From assembly GCF_006345805.1 (NCBI RefSeq), contig NC_042998.1:134044001-134108000 (forward strand): a DNA stretch of 64,000 nt, written 5' to 3'. Numbering within the stretch: position 1 is the stretch's first letter; the number at the start of each line of letters is the position of its first letter. The translations under genes and the position numbers were made by a program. Under the pieces are notes generated by a model. The model had not been told where the DNA came from. It did no database searches and saw only the letters and a program-made list of their open reading frames with translations. Positions 1 through 12,714 of this stretch are shown here, in pieces. Source of the DNA: Octopus sinensis (taxonomy: Eukaryota).

Positions 1-73
1 AGGAACACGAGGAAATAAACAGAGAGAGAATTTTTAAAATCTTTTGGAGTTAGCGGTCAATCATGGCGGCTGG

Positions 74-126
<53 letters not shown>

Positions 127-197
127 TATGGGTATATATATATGGGTATATATATATATATACATATACACATATATATGGGTATATATATAGGTTG

Positions 198-229
<32 letters not shown>

Positions 230-483
230 CACACACATATATTATATATATATATACACATATATATATACATATATATATATGTATGTGTATGCATATG
301 TATATACGTGTGTGTGTATATATACATATATATATATAATGTGTGTGTGCATTTATATGTGTATATGTGTATATTTATATATCTGTATATATGTATATAT
401 ATATATATATATTCATATATATATATACACACACACATAAATAAATATTTACATATATATAGACACAAATATATATACATATA

Positions 484-714
484 TATTTCTTTACTACCCA
501 CAAGGGGCTAAACATAGAGGGGACAAACAAGGACAGACAAACGGATTAAGTCGATTACATCGACCCCAGTGCGAAAATGGTACTTTATTTATCGACCCCG
601 AAAGGATGAAAGGCAAAGTCGACCTCGATGGAATTTGAACTCAGAACGTAACGACAGACGAAATACCGCTAAGCATTTCGCCCGGCGCGCTAACGTTTCT
701 GCCAGCTCGCAGCC
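484..714 (-). mobile_element. tRNA-derived SINE, family A (full length, tail A)
   Basis: Minus strand reads GGC(T)GCGAGCTGGCAGAAACGTTAG (A-box-like)...GAGTTCAAATTCC (B box), then a conserved core GTCGACTTTGCCTTTCATCCTTTCGGGGTCGATAAA..GTACCA and a tail ending AAAGAAATA. More than 10 related copies occur in the window. Confidence 0.9.
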
Positions 715-1383
715 CTATATATATATAGGCACACATACATATATACACACACACACACATACGCACACACACTTATACGTATGTGTGAGTGCTCCTCGAA
801 GATAAAAATATAAATATATACACACATCTATTCCCCTTCATCAACAGGGCTCAGAGAGGTACTTAGTTATTCAAAATATATACGTTTATATACTACATTC
901 GTAAATGACTTAAGTAAAATAAAAAAAAATAAATAAATAAACGAGATAAGATGTAAACAAAATTGATATGACGTAAATTTTGAACGAAATCTCTCTTGAG
1001 GAAGGCTCTCTACATCGATGTGACTAGTGGATTTGGTTTTATAGTTTTCACCACGGAATTGGAGCTATATAGCCATAAAAATTCGTTAAATACGTCAGTT
1101 AAGTATTTCCGTGGAAAAGCCTATGAGAAAGCTTAGTTGAGCGACAATATAAAATATGTAATGAACTAAAAACCTATAAAGATATGCATATTAAAATTCA
1201 CACGTTTCGTTTTTCTAAGGTCAATATTTTGTTATGATAAAGATATATGTGTGGAGGGGTGTATGTGTATATAGATTTGTGTATACACATACATGCCTAC
1301 ACACACATACACACACTCTCTCTCTCTCTCTCACTTATTTACTCACTCACACAGATGCATATATGAATATATAAGTACATGCA

Positions 1384-1415
<32 letters not shown>

Positions 1416-2334
1416 CGCCTCCGTAAATGCTGCATCGCTAAGTTATGGGGACGTAAACAAACCAACACCGATTGTCAAGAGGTTATGAGGGACAAACATA
1501 AGCACAAAGATATACACAAAAATATACATATATACATACATACATATACATGTATGTATGTACGTATGTATATCTATATGTGTGTGTGTGCCTTTGTGCT
1601 GTTACATATGTATGTGTGTATGTATGTATCCGTCCTTTTTGACAGGTCTTTGTTTTTTGTCCTACTTTGTTTCTAGCAACCCTCCTCACCAGACAAACCT
1701 AGTTGTGCTGCCGGTTTAGTCACCAATCACCCGACCATTCGACAGTTGGTACTGAATACTATGTTACCAGTAGCACTGATGAGAGACCTTTTAAGTAACC
1801 TTACGTAGGACGGATGAACCAATTGTATGTTCAACGACTGTCTAGCAATAGCACAGGCCCACAGAAATTCTGGGTTGGTGTCCGGCGTGCTGGAAGACGG
1901 CTGGGAGTGAGGCACCTTTTAGCTTTTGTTAAAGCATGTCTCTTGGAGAAAGTCACTCTGATATAAAACCAGATATGCAGGGAATGGTATTGAAACTTTT
2001 GACTATCTTTTGCTTGCACTTAAAAATATGACGCTCCTACATTCTTGAGCCTGTGAGCTATATTTGCACTGGATAGGGTGGAGAAGGTTTGTGAGGTGGT
2101 GTGCAAGCTTTGTTGGATCTAAAATTTTAGTTTGTGCAGTCTCGGGCGAAGTAACTATCTGATGTCCGGTCGAGTAAGAGGACCCTACGGTGACTATGGA
2201 AGCCGCAAACGCAAACGCAAACCCGAGTGAAGCTGACTGCTGATGCATTAACTTCATGTACGGGCCTTACCGGCATTTTATATGGGCAATGGTCAGTGGT
2301 GGTTTTCCCCTGTCACGAGTGGACAGTCATCGTT

Positions 2335-2373
<39 letters not shown>

Positions 2374-2379
2374 GCACAC

Positions 2380-2575
2380 CGCCATGATAGATCGCTAGCC
2401 ACTACACATTCTTTATTTTCTCTCCTTGTTTCTTTCTGTGTTCTTTTCTCTAGAAGAACCTAGACTCGAAACGTTAAAGACTTTTTCCCTTCCCAAGCGT
2501 TAAACTAATACATCTATTTGTTGTCTACGTTTTTTTTTTTTTGTGTGTGTGTGTGTGAATTCTCCCCATATATTA
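2380..2575 (+). mobile_element. Penelope-pLTR/retrozyme-like short repeat, copy 1 (degenerate HHR-like motif)
   Basis: Direct repeat of 2866-3058 and homologous to 43671-43942; begins CGCCATGATAGATCGCTAGCC; contains ...AGACTCGAAACGTTAAAGAC. Confidence 0.6.
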
Positions 2576-2865
2576 TACGCTCACGTGGTCGCACCAGTTG
2601 ATCCTGTCTCCTCTCATTACTCAACGAATTTTTACACCTTCTACACTGGGCTATTCTACCTGGATTCTCTACCTGGACTTTCTGCTCTCGTACAATTCAG
2701 CTGCATCTCTCCTGCCCATCGATTACGCTGGACTCCTCTGTTGATGAGAAATCGCTCCAATACACCATGACGTTCAGAGCTTTTGAAACTTTTGAACTTT
2801 TCTTAACTTCTTTGTACTTCCTAAACTTTTTGTACTTTCTGCTTTTTACTCCTCTGTCCGGCATT

Positions 2866-3058
2866 CGCCATGATAGATCGCTAGCCACTACACATTCTTT
2901 GTTTTCTCTCATTGTTTCTTTCTGTGTTCCTTTCTGTGGAAGAGCGTAGGCTCGAAATGTTAAAGACTTTTTCACTTCTTGAGCGTTAAACTAATACATC
3001 TGTTTGTTGTCTACACCACCTGTTTTCGTCTTTTGCTTTTTTTCGTGAATTGTCCCAA
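2866..3058 (+). mobile_element. Penelope-pLTR/retrozyme-like short repeat, copy 2 (variant HHR motif at 2929-2966)
   Basis: CCTTT CTGTGGA A GAGC-GTAG-GCTC GAAA TGTT AAAG; ends in (TA)n. Confidence 0.65.
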
Positions 3059-3094
3059 TATATATATATATATATATTAATATATATATATATA

Positions 3095-3320
3095 CAACTT
3101 AACGTGAATGACTCGTTAGCACGCCAAATATCGCAGTGTTAGCCCTGAGAATTCCTCTCATATAGATGTATCGTGCATAAAAGCAGAGTCATATATCGTA
3201 GAAGGCGAGAACCGTCTTTTATGGGCGTCAGAACTGCTAGATCACGTGATTTCAGTGTACTGGACTTCTTCAGTGGTAGACATCCGGTGACAGCATTCCA
3301 GGCAAATCTCGCTCCTACGT
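3095..3320 (-). mobile_element. Penelope-like terminal fragment carrying a hammerhead
   Basis: Non-repetitive segment bounded by (TA)n and (GTGA)n that contains a canonical HHR core on the minus strand. Confidence 0.55.
3234..3279 (-). ncRNA. Minimal type I hammerhead ribozyme motif
   Basis: Minus strand: CTACCA CTGAAGA AGT-CCAGTAC-ACT GAA ATCACGTGAT C TAGCAG. The core is complete, stem III is palindromic and the triplet is AUC; stem I has two mismatches. Confidence 0.7.
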
Positions 3321-4502
3321 GAGTGAGTGAGTGAGTGAGTGAGGAGTCAGTCAGTCAGTCAGCGATTTAGGTAATCCAGAGAAAAATCCATCCTACTAAC
3401 TGACCTTACACGCACAGAAGGAAACCCATATCCTCTCTCTCTCTGTCTCCTTCTCCCTTTCTCTCTCACCTCTCTCTCTCCTCTAATTACTTCTAGCATC
3501 AACTAAACTCTATTTCTATAAGTCACTTTCTCTGTCTCTATCTTACTTTTCCATACACATATTTACATAGGTTATCCATACTGAAATAGATGACATTTTT
3601 TTTATGGGTACTACGCTGTTATATATTTGAGAGTGTATGCATGTACGCGCTATGTGTGTTTACCTACACAAAATAAATGCACTCAAATACCTATATGGAC
3701 ATAAATACATATGTATAGTATGTGTGTACGAATGTATGTGCGTATGTGTTTATGTAGATATTCGAAGGCATACATTTTGTGTAATGTGGACACTTAAATA
3801 TATTTGTTGTTTGAAGGAATTTTCTTCCCGTAAACGTGACAGTGAAAATTTGTGTTTGCTTATGAGTTTATGAGTATATTTTATGCGTGTGTTTTCGTCG
3901 AGAATCTGTATATAAGTACATTTCTGCGTGCGTTTTTGTTGTGGGAAAGAAAAGGGAGTGATAGAGAAATAAAGCGAGACTTACATAAAGAAGAATTAGT
4001 AAGTACTTAACTGAGACGAAGACCCGACACTCAGCCATATCTTTTTACGTTGATTACTTCAAAGAATAACAAAAAAAGAAGAAAAGCAAGTACAATTATG
4101 GAAAATATCTCAAGAATTCAGATGCTTTTGTTTTCTGTTAAACGACTTTCTCGAATTGTTATTTAAACAAGTATGAAATAGAATACCAAAGACTGACAGA
4201 TTCATTAATATTTTCCCCCCAGAGGGCGGTGTTGTAATAGCAGCATCTGTAGAGAAACAAACAAAATGTGTTGCGGTATTTGTGTGTATCACTTTATGTT
4301 CTGAGTTCAAATCCTACCAACATCAATTTTGCTTGACATTCTTCCGGAAATTGGTACGATGAGGTATCAGTTAAGCACTATAGAGGATATATTTGGCAAT
4401 ATTGTTCCTGAAAATGTATATTGTGCGAATGGAAGAAATCAATATTTGTCATCTACGAAGAACAGCTGAATGGTTATGTATATATAATATATATGTGTGT
4501 GT

Positions 4503-4534
<32 letters not shown>

Positions 4535-4564
4535 CATATATATTATATACATATCATATATATA

Positions 4565-4607
<43 letters not shown>

Positions 4608-4849
4608 TATATAAATTAAAGTGAGCGATGGGGAGAGAGAAGATATCAATTAAAATTATACCTATAACGATGACAAATAATCATTAATCTATGTTTAGTT
4701 TGGGCCAAGAAAGGGGAGGGGGATAACTCTGGGATTTAAATTAATTAATTCAATATCGAATGCATTAAGGAGTGAAGCTGATCTTCTGTAATGTGAGGAT
4801 GACTCGGGATATGTTTTGGCCTCATTATCTTAATAACAAAGAAAGTCTC

Positions 4850-5520
4850 ACTACATCAAACGTTAGCGACCACTTTACCGTATGAGTTTCATGCAGCAAG
4901 GATTCCTTGGCATTTTCACCCTCATTATTTCTAGTTATAATACTACTCAGTGTTTGTATACGAAATACCTGTCTCCTCAGTGATCGCTCAAAGATCTAGT
5001 AATATGGTTAGACTATGCTTTCATGATGTACTAAGACCGAAATATGTTCAGCACTTTCAATGTACTGCCAAAAATCCCCACACGATTTTATATTCAATTA
5101 ATTTTATTTAATCTAAAGCTCGGTACTGTCTCACTTGGCATGCTCACTAAAATCAATCATCAAGATAATGATTGCATTTCATCACCATGTACGTGGGCTA
5201 CTACCAAGATTGAAGAACATCGATTGGCTACGACGCAAAGGGCCATGGAAATTTCCAAGCTCAGAATATCATTCCAAGAGCATATGTGATCGCAGAATGC
5301 CGAAAGCGCCAGTTCCACTGGGTCGGGCATGTTGCAAGGTTCACAAATAACAGATGAACCCCGTGAAGTTGCCGAATGATATCAATGAGATCGAAAAAGG
5401 CCTTTCGGAAGGCCTCTACGACGATGGGGAGATGATTTAGTAAAACGATATGGAGCCAATATGGAAAAGAGAGGTTTTCTGACCAGCGGCTGTTTTAAGA
5501 CATCCGCGAGTCTGATCAGT
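4850..5520 (+). mobile_element. Decayed RTE-clade LINE 3' region
   Basis: Fragmented frames give TTKIEEHRLATTQRAME..., WVGHVARFTNNR and KRPFGRPLRRWGDDL, which are typical RTE ORF C-terminal motifs. Confidence 0.7.
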
Positions 5521-7459
5521 CGATAGAACGATTGATGAATTGCTGTTTCTTAGATCACTACATCATGGATGTTAGCGCTCGTTTAACTACTGACATCACT
5601 GACAATGGAAACAACCACGAAACTTTGAAGGGACTAAAAACTGTATGGTTTTGACAGAGGATGTTCTCATATGGTTCTTCATACAGGAAGTTATCGCGCT
5701 GTATCGAAAACGAAAGTAGCCACAAGGGTCTTGAAACGAAATACCCACCTGGTTCTTGAAAAAAAAACTGTAAAATATAGTTCTTGAAAGTCAAATTAAT
5801 ATTATAGTATGTTACTGATTAGATTAATATTTCTAAGGTTCTTTGACTTATTCAGAGAGGCCACGGCTCTTCAAAAAGAGAGCAGTCACGGAGTTTTGAC
5901 AGGAAATTAGTAACAACAGGGTTATTGCAGAAGGAAGAAGGTAAGGATATGGTTCATTACAGAAATTCACAACTACAACTAAGTTTTGACAGAAGAAATA
6001 TGTAAGAACACATTTGTTATCCACATGAAGTAAAGTCATTTGATGAAGGACTCTACATGTTTCTTCATAAATGAAATAACCACACGGTTAGATTGTTTTC
6101 GGTTTTCGGTTTTCGTCAGATGTAATGCTTTCGTTCTTCACAAAAGAAATAATCATGTTCGTTGACAGCTGGACTAAATAAAAATACAGTTATACGACAT
6201 GGTTCTTGAGAAAGGAAGCTATAACGTAGTTTTTCAAGTACAAAATATACATAACCATATAATGTATATCAGTTAAAATAATCGTGTTATTTCGAAAGTG
6301 AAAATAACCAAATGTAACCACGTAATTGCTGACTCTTGAAACTACCTCCAGGAATTCTTGACAAATCGATGACGTTTGACAGAGAATGAAAGTGAATCTC
6401 GTATTTTTTGTTTGAATAAGCTACATGAGAGCTCTTTCGTAGATGAATAAACCATGGTTCAGTTTTCTTGGGATTTTTTCTATTCATACAGAGAGTATAC
6501 AACTCGACATGGTGTTCGGAGTGACATGGTAAATGAAGCAGCTACAACAATGCAATCGCCCTTAATGACGACGACAACACATGCATGATTTGAGAATGGC
6601 AATTCCCTTAGCGATGCCGCCAACAAGACACGTTGCCAATGTAAGTCATGGGTCTTATAGTTCAGGCATTCAAATAAAAATCGACCGGCAATGGTGGGAG
6701 GGTAAATAACATCATAGATGAGATCATTTAATTGACATGTACTGTGCAGTTGTTAACTGGATATATAATAAGAATAACAGTACGAGATACTGCTAGATTT
6801 TGGTTCATTCGCATTAAGATAGATACCTTGATAAGATTCTATGGCTTCAATTGCAAATAGGATAGTCATTGCATAAATGCGCTTTGGAACCGCTCTAGCA
6901 ATTAAAAATAGCAATCAAATCTCTCTCTGTTAATTCCCATTCTCTTAGAAACAGGGAATGACACATTGAACAGTGTAACCTTTAATAAACAGAAGAAAAA
7001 AAACGAGATGATCACAGCTGGAATACTTTTGATCATAAATCTCAGAAAGCGCTGAGCTAGAGCTAAACAAGAACAAGAACAACGACAAGGACGACGACGA
7101 CTACGACAACAACAACAACAACAACTCGTAATCAAAACTTAAATTATGGTTTCTTCAAGGATGGATTGAGCTGATAAAAGTCTTGTGAAATTTAATGCAC
7201 AAATTTAATATTACTGCACAACACAATCGCAACTTTTAAGATATTTTTGTTTAGTTGGAGACCAAAATAGTGGCGTGTTACAGTGAACCCTAGCGGCGAA
7301 ATTAAGACTTTAACACAATTATGTTGCTCCTTTATGTTTCCCCGCATTTTAGTATTTTTCTTGTATTTCACATGAGTGAATAAGTTAGTCATCAATATCA
7401 TCATAGAAGCTATTTAAATACAAAAATATTTACACATGCAAAGAAAGTGTACACACAAA

Positions 7460-7493
7460 CACAGCGTGTACATACGCTACACACACACATACA

Positions 7494-7559
<66 letters not shown>

Positions 7560-7694
7560 TATAAAATTTGCGTAAATGTATATATATACATGTATAAATG
7601 TATATAAATATACTTTGCTATTATCATATAATTATTTCTCACGAAAATATATCAATTTAAAATTATATCCAGTGTGAAAATATGCGTGGATATA

Positions 7695-7745
<51 letters not shown>

Positions 7746-7843
7746 TATATATAGACGTGTGTGTGTGTATATATCTATATATATATATATCTATATATAT
7801 ATATATATACATTATATATATATACATTATACATATATTATAT

Positions 7844-7875
<32 letters not shown>

Positions 7876-7899
7876 CATACACACACACACATATATATA

Positions 7900-7952
<53 letters not shown>

Positions 7953-8434
7953 TATATGGATGGATGAATAGATGGAATGTATTTATGTGTGTGTGTCTGT
8001 GTATGTATATATATACATATATGTATATGTATGTATATATATATACACACACACATACACATACATGTGTGTGTGAGCGTGTGTATTTGCTATCATTGTA
8101 ATAATGGATCCTATATTATATCCATGTACATAATTAGGAATATAATTGCGTTAACACAGATTGTTACATCTATGCACATTCACATGAAATACGCAATGAC
8201 AAATAAAATAAATACAAATCAGACACGCATCAACCACACATAGACGTACACACACATGTATATAATTGCATGTATAAGCATGTAGGTATGTGCTGTTGTA
8301 AATGTATGTATTTGATCATAAATGTACGAATATATAGACTAATGGAGTATAAATAAATGTGTTTATATGTGCGTGTGTGTGTAACTAACTAACACACGCG
8401 CACAAACACACACACACACAGACAAAATCAAACA

Positions 8435-8476
<42 letters not shown>

Positions 8477-8504
8477 TATAATATATATATATATATAGAT
8501 ATAT

Positions 8505-8547
<43 letters not shown>

Positions 8548-8644
8548 TATATACATAAATATATGTATATGTGCATATATATGTATTATATATATATATA
8601 TGTATGTATGTATGTATATATATATATATATATATTGTATATTA

Positions 8645-8677
<33 letters not shown>

Positions 8678-8982
8678 ATATATGCATGTGTGTATATGTA
8701 CGTAAGTATGTATGTATGTATGTATTATTATGTATGTATGTATGTATTATGTATGTATGTACGTATGTATGTATGTATGTATGTATGTATGTATGTATGT
8801 ATGTATGTATGTATTATGTATGTGTGTATGTATGTGTGTATGTATGGTATGTATGTATGTATTATGTATGTATGTATGTGTGTATGTATGTATGCATGTA
8901 TTATGCATGTATGTATGTATGTATGTATGTACGTATGTATGTATTATGTATGTATGTATGTGTGTGTATGTATGTATGTATG

Positions 8983-9013
<31 letters not shown>

Positions 9014-9030
9014 GTATGTATGTATGCCTC
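7460..9030. repeat. Compound microsatellite field (TA)n/(TG)n/(CA)n/(TATG)n
   Basis: Seen directly; explains the many YI/VCMY pseudo-ORFs. Confidence 0.95.
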
Positions 9031-9259
9031 TGTTTGTTCGTAATTAATTAACACCATTTGAAAGAAGTTTAACAGGGTATATGGGGGTACGTAGCACATG
9101 GACAGCCGTATATTTTTTTCCTGAGAGTAATGGAATTAATTTGCAAATATATAAATAAACATATGCTAGAATAAGAACTTGACTAGAGGTTCTCTCCTCT
9201 CTCTTTCTCTCACTTAACTTGTGCGTATTTGCGTTTGCATATGCCTCCGTATGTGTGTG

Positions 9260-9293
<34 letters not shown>

Positions 9294-9503
9294 CAAATTC
9301 TTTACATTTCGTTTTTCTCTATGATTGCAGTAGGTTATATATTATTATATAATATATAACATAAGTGTATATATAAATATAATATATAGGGTACCATCAT
9401 GCTTTGTAGCTTAAAGTATAAGATATTCTTCAATGCTAAATTCTACAATGTAAATTTCAAAGTTGAATTGAGTCATCTGTAATCCAGTCCACGTTTTACA
9501 CTA

Positions 9504-9565
<62 letters not shown>

Positions 9566-9568
<3 letters not shown>

Positions 9569-9889
9569 AGAAGGTGAATGAATTATCCTAGTATGGAAAG
9601 TTCGGTTAACCGATACCTGGGTAGCAAATTCACATCAGAAAGCACGGTTGAAGCTATATGCCAAGGGCAGGGATCCCGTGTTCTCGTGTGTAATTTTGTG
9701 TATTACTGTGGACATCATGTGGGCAGTCATCTAAAAGTTTTTACTCTTCATGGTGCTGACATAAGTTCCTTATCTTTCCTGATGAGATGGCGGCATAATG
9801 CACCCTTTATTCCTTCGGAATTAGGAATATGCAACCTTCGAAACATGTGTCGAGAGTAAAGGAATTTTGTTAAAATCGTCCATTCTTTC

Positions 9890-9893
<4 letters not shown>
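9566..9893 (+). mobile_element. About 330-bp HHR-bearing element inserted in (TA)n
   Basis: Complex sequence flanked on both sides by long (TA)n; contains an intact HHR. Confidence 0.6.
9774..9856 (+). ncRNA. Type I hammerhead ribozyme, intact core
   Basis: CTTTC (9774-78) CTGATGA (9779-85); stem II closed by G-C and A-U pairs with a long structured insert (9786-9839); GAAA (9840-43); ACA-TG-TGT stem III; GUC triplet (C9851); GAGAG (9852-56) pairs with CTTTC. Confidence 0.85.
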
Positions 9894-9984
<91 letters not shown>

Positions 9985-10049
9985 TATGGATATGGATATG
10001 GATATGCATGTATGTATATATATATATATATATGTATTCTTTTATACTT

Positions 10050-10412
<363 letters not shown>

Positions 10413-11049
10413 TATATACAAGATTGTAGTTAAAGTTATCCATGCGTTGTGACTTTCTCGAGTTACGGGATTTCGCGTTTACGAGATTATAAAAGTATGA
10501 CCACTAATTTCGGGATGCGATCTGAAAGTTTGCTCTTACGAAAGGTTGAAAAAACTTTAAGAACTTAAAAGTTACCCTTTCGTGTTAGCCAAAAGTTTCG
10601 GTGTTTTGTAACATTAAATTAATTAACATTTTGAAAAACTATAATCACAGTACATAGATTCGTTTGTGTGTGTGCATGTGCGTGTACATGCGTACGTGTA
10701 TGGGTGTGTATGTGTGTGTGTGCGTGCGTGCGTGATTTTGTGTGTGTGTAAGAAAGAGTTCAGTGAAAATCTTTTTAATAGCTCAAAGCAATGTACCCAT
10801 GATCCTGGTAACCCTTCAACTATCTGTAATTACACAATCTTCCTCCGACCTTACTCTTTCACCCTTTCATCTCATTTCCATTTGGCCATCCGTACGAATA
10901 AGACATTATTTGTGTGCCCTCACAAAACAGTTCTTTCCTGGTAATTTTGGTAATGCGACTGGATTATTTTTCCTCCAGTATCAAGCCCTTTTAAATCATT
11001 ATGTTTAATATCCAGTGTAACTTTTTAGTACGGCTCCTTTTCAAATTAC

Positions 11050-11870
11050 CAAAACGTTAAAGTTTGCCACGTCTGCTGTGAAACAGGTTTATATGATAAT
11101 ATAGGTTTATATGATAATATCGGTTTATATGATAATTTACAAGAAAACGAAGGTGAAACTCCAGAAGAATCTTTTCTGATTAGTAAACGCTGGTTGGAAA
11201 GGTTTAAAAAGCGCTTGAATTTGCACTACATGAAAGTAAGTAGTTAAGCTGCTAGTGGCGATACAGAGGTTGCTACTAATTATTCTGAACAGATTTAAAA
11301 AGCGATTACTAAAGTGAGTTACTTTCCTGAGAGCTCATGCTCTTTAGAACTTTTATCTCTTGAAAAGAAAAAGCAACGCTAGTATTAAAGCTTCTAAAAA
11401 TTGTCCGACGCTTCTTTTGGGAGTAAATGCTACTGGTGATACACATGTATCACACCGACTATTCAAGAGCTTTTAGGGTTTACTCCTGATTTCGCGTTCA
11501 AAATAAGAATGCATGGATGACTAAGGGGTATTTTGTGTGTGCAAGGGATAAAAACGTATAACATCCCAGACAATCATCGGTGAAACTTCGAAAAATCAAC
11601 CGGGCAAGTACAGAAAATATGACGTGAGGTCTGAGAGAAAAATAACTGGGAAACAAATATATTATTATATATAGTTGTAGGAAGAGAAGCACATTATTCA
11701 TTTACTTATTTACTAAGAATTAACAATGGTCGCAGATTCAACTACAGAGAGCTTAGTACAGTTTTCATTCTACATGGTATATATACAGGAAGCGGGGGAG
11801 AATGTAGTCATAAGTCTCTCGATTTTAAACAAGGAATCGAAACCAAATTGCTGGCAAGTCTCAACAAGTA
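11050..11870 (+). mobile_element. Decayed pogo/Tigger transposase
   Basis: Broken frames give SKRWLERFKKRLNLH, AASGD, KASKN..TLLLGVNATGD and NKNAWMT, which are Tigger CENP-B-HTH and DDE_1 region motifs. Confidence 0.75.
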
Positions 11871-12027
11871 TTTACTTCTTGTTCACACAGCGATTATCAT
11901 CACCAGATCAGCGAAGAATTCATTATGAAATCGTTTAATGAGAATAGCATTTTCTGTTTGACCCTCATCATTTTTTTCTTACTCTCTTATGTAACATAAC
12001 ATTGAAAATGCAAATATCGTCTGAGTG

Positions 12028-12086
<59 letters not shown>

Positions 12087-12593
12087 GTGTGTGTGTACGT
12101 CTATGCATGTATTGAAATACATTATGAATTTATTCACGGCAAATTTAATAGTTTCGCTAGATTGCTATTCACAACAGAAGAAAGTCTTTAAAAACCTCTC
12201 TCTAAACATATAAGCGTATAAAATTATACATACACACACACACACATACACACACACATGCAAACACACACACACATATATATATACGTTTATACACACA
12301 TAACATATATACATACATATATATACATATATATATATATACACACACGCATACCCATGTGTGTATATGTATGTACGTACAGTAAATATTAGCAGATGCT
12401 AGGTTTTACTTTACTAATGTCGAATGCTACTTGGTTCACCGAGTACTACTTTCCTGAATGGGTATTCACATAGAATTTTCCGTCGATTAGGTTGCATATT
12501 ATCCCCAATTCTTAAATCTCCAGTGGCAGAATCCCTCTTACAAGTACTAGCCATTTCTTCTTCTTTTTCTTCTTCTTCTGCTTTTCACCATCA

Positions 12594-12624
<31 letters not shown>

Positions 12625-12654
12625 CATCACATCATCATCATCATCATCATCATC

Positions 12655-12710
<56 letters not shown>

Positions 12711-12714
12711 TTTT

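Noticed and set aside
50-511. ORFs rich in YI/VC/HT (also 7.7-9.0, 25.7-26.3, 36.0-36.5 and 42.7-45.1 kb)
   Set aside because: They are translations of di- and tetranucleotide microsatellites.
6085-6122. Minus-strand CTGACGA...GAAA
   Set aside because: No stem II; it arises from a (GGTTTTC)n micro-repeat.
9578-9859. 93-aa ORF
   Set aside because: No recognisable domain; it overlaps the HHR element and is better explained as non-coding.
11086-11138. 18-bp triple tandem repeat
   Set aside because: Slippage duplication inside a dead Tigger transposase; not CRISPR-like (no spacers).
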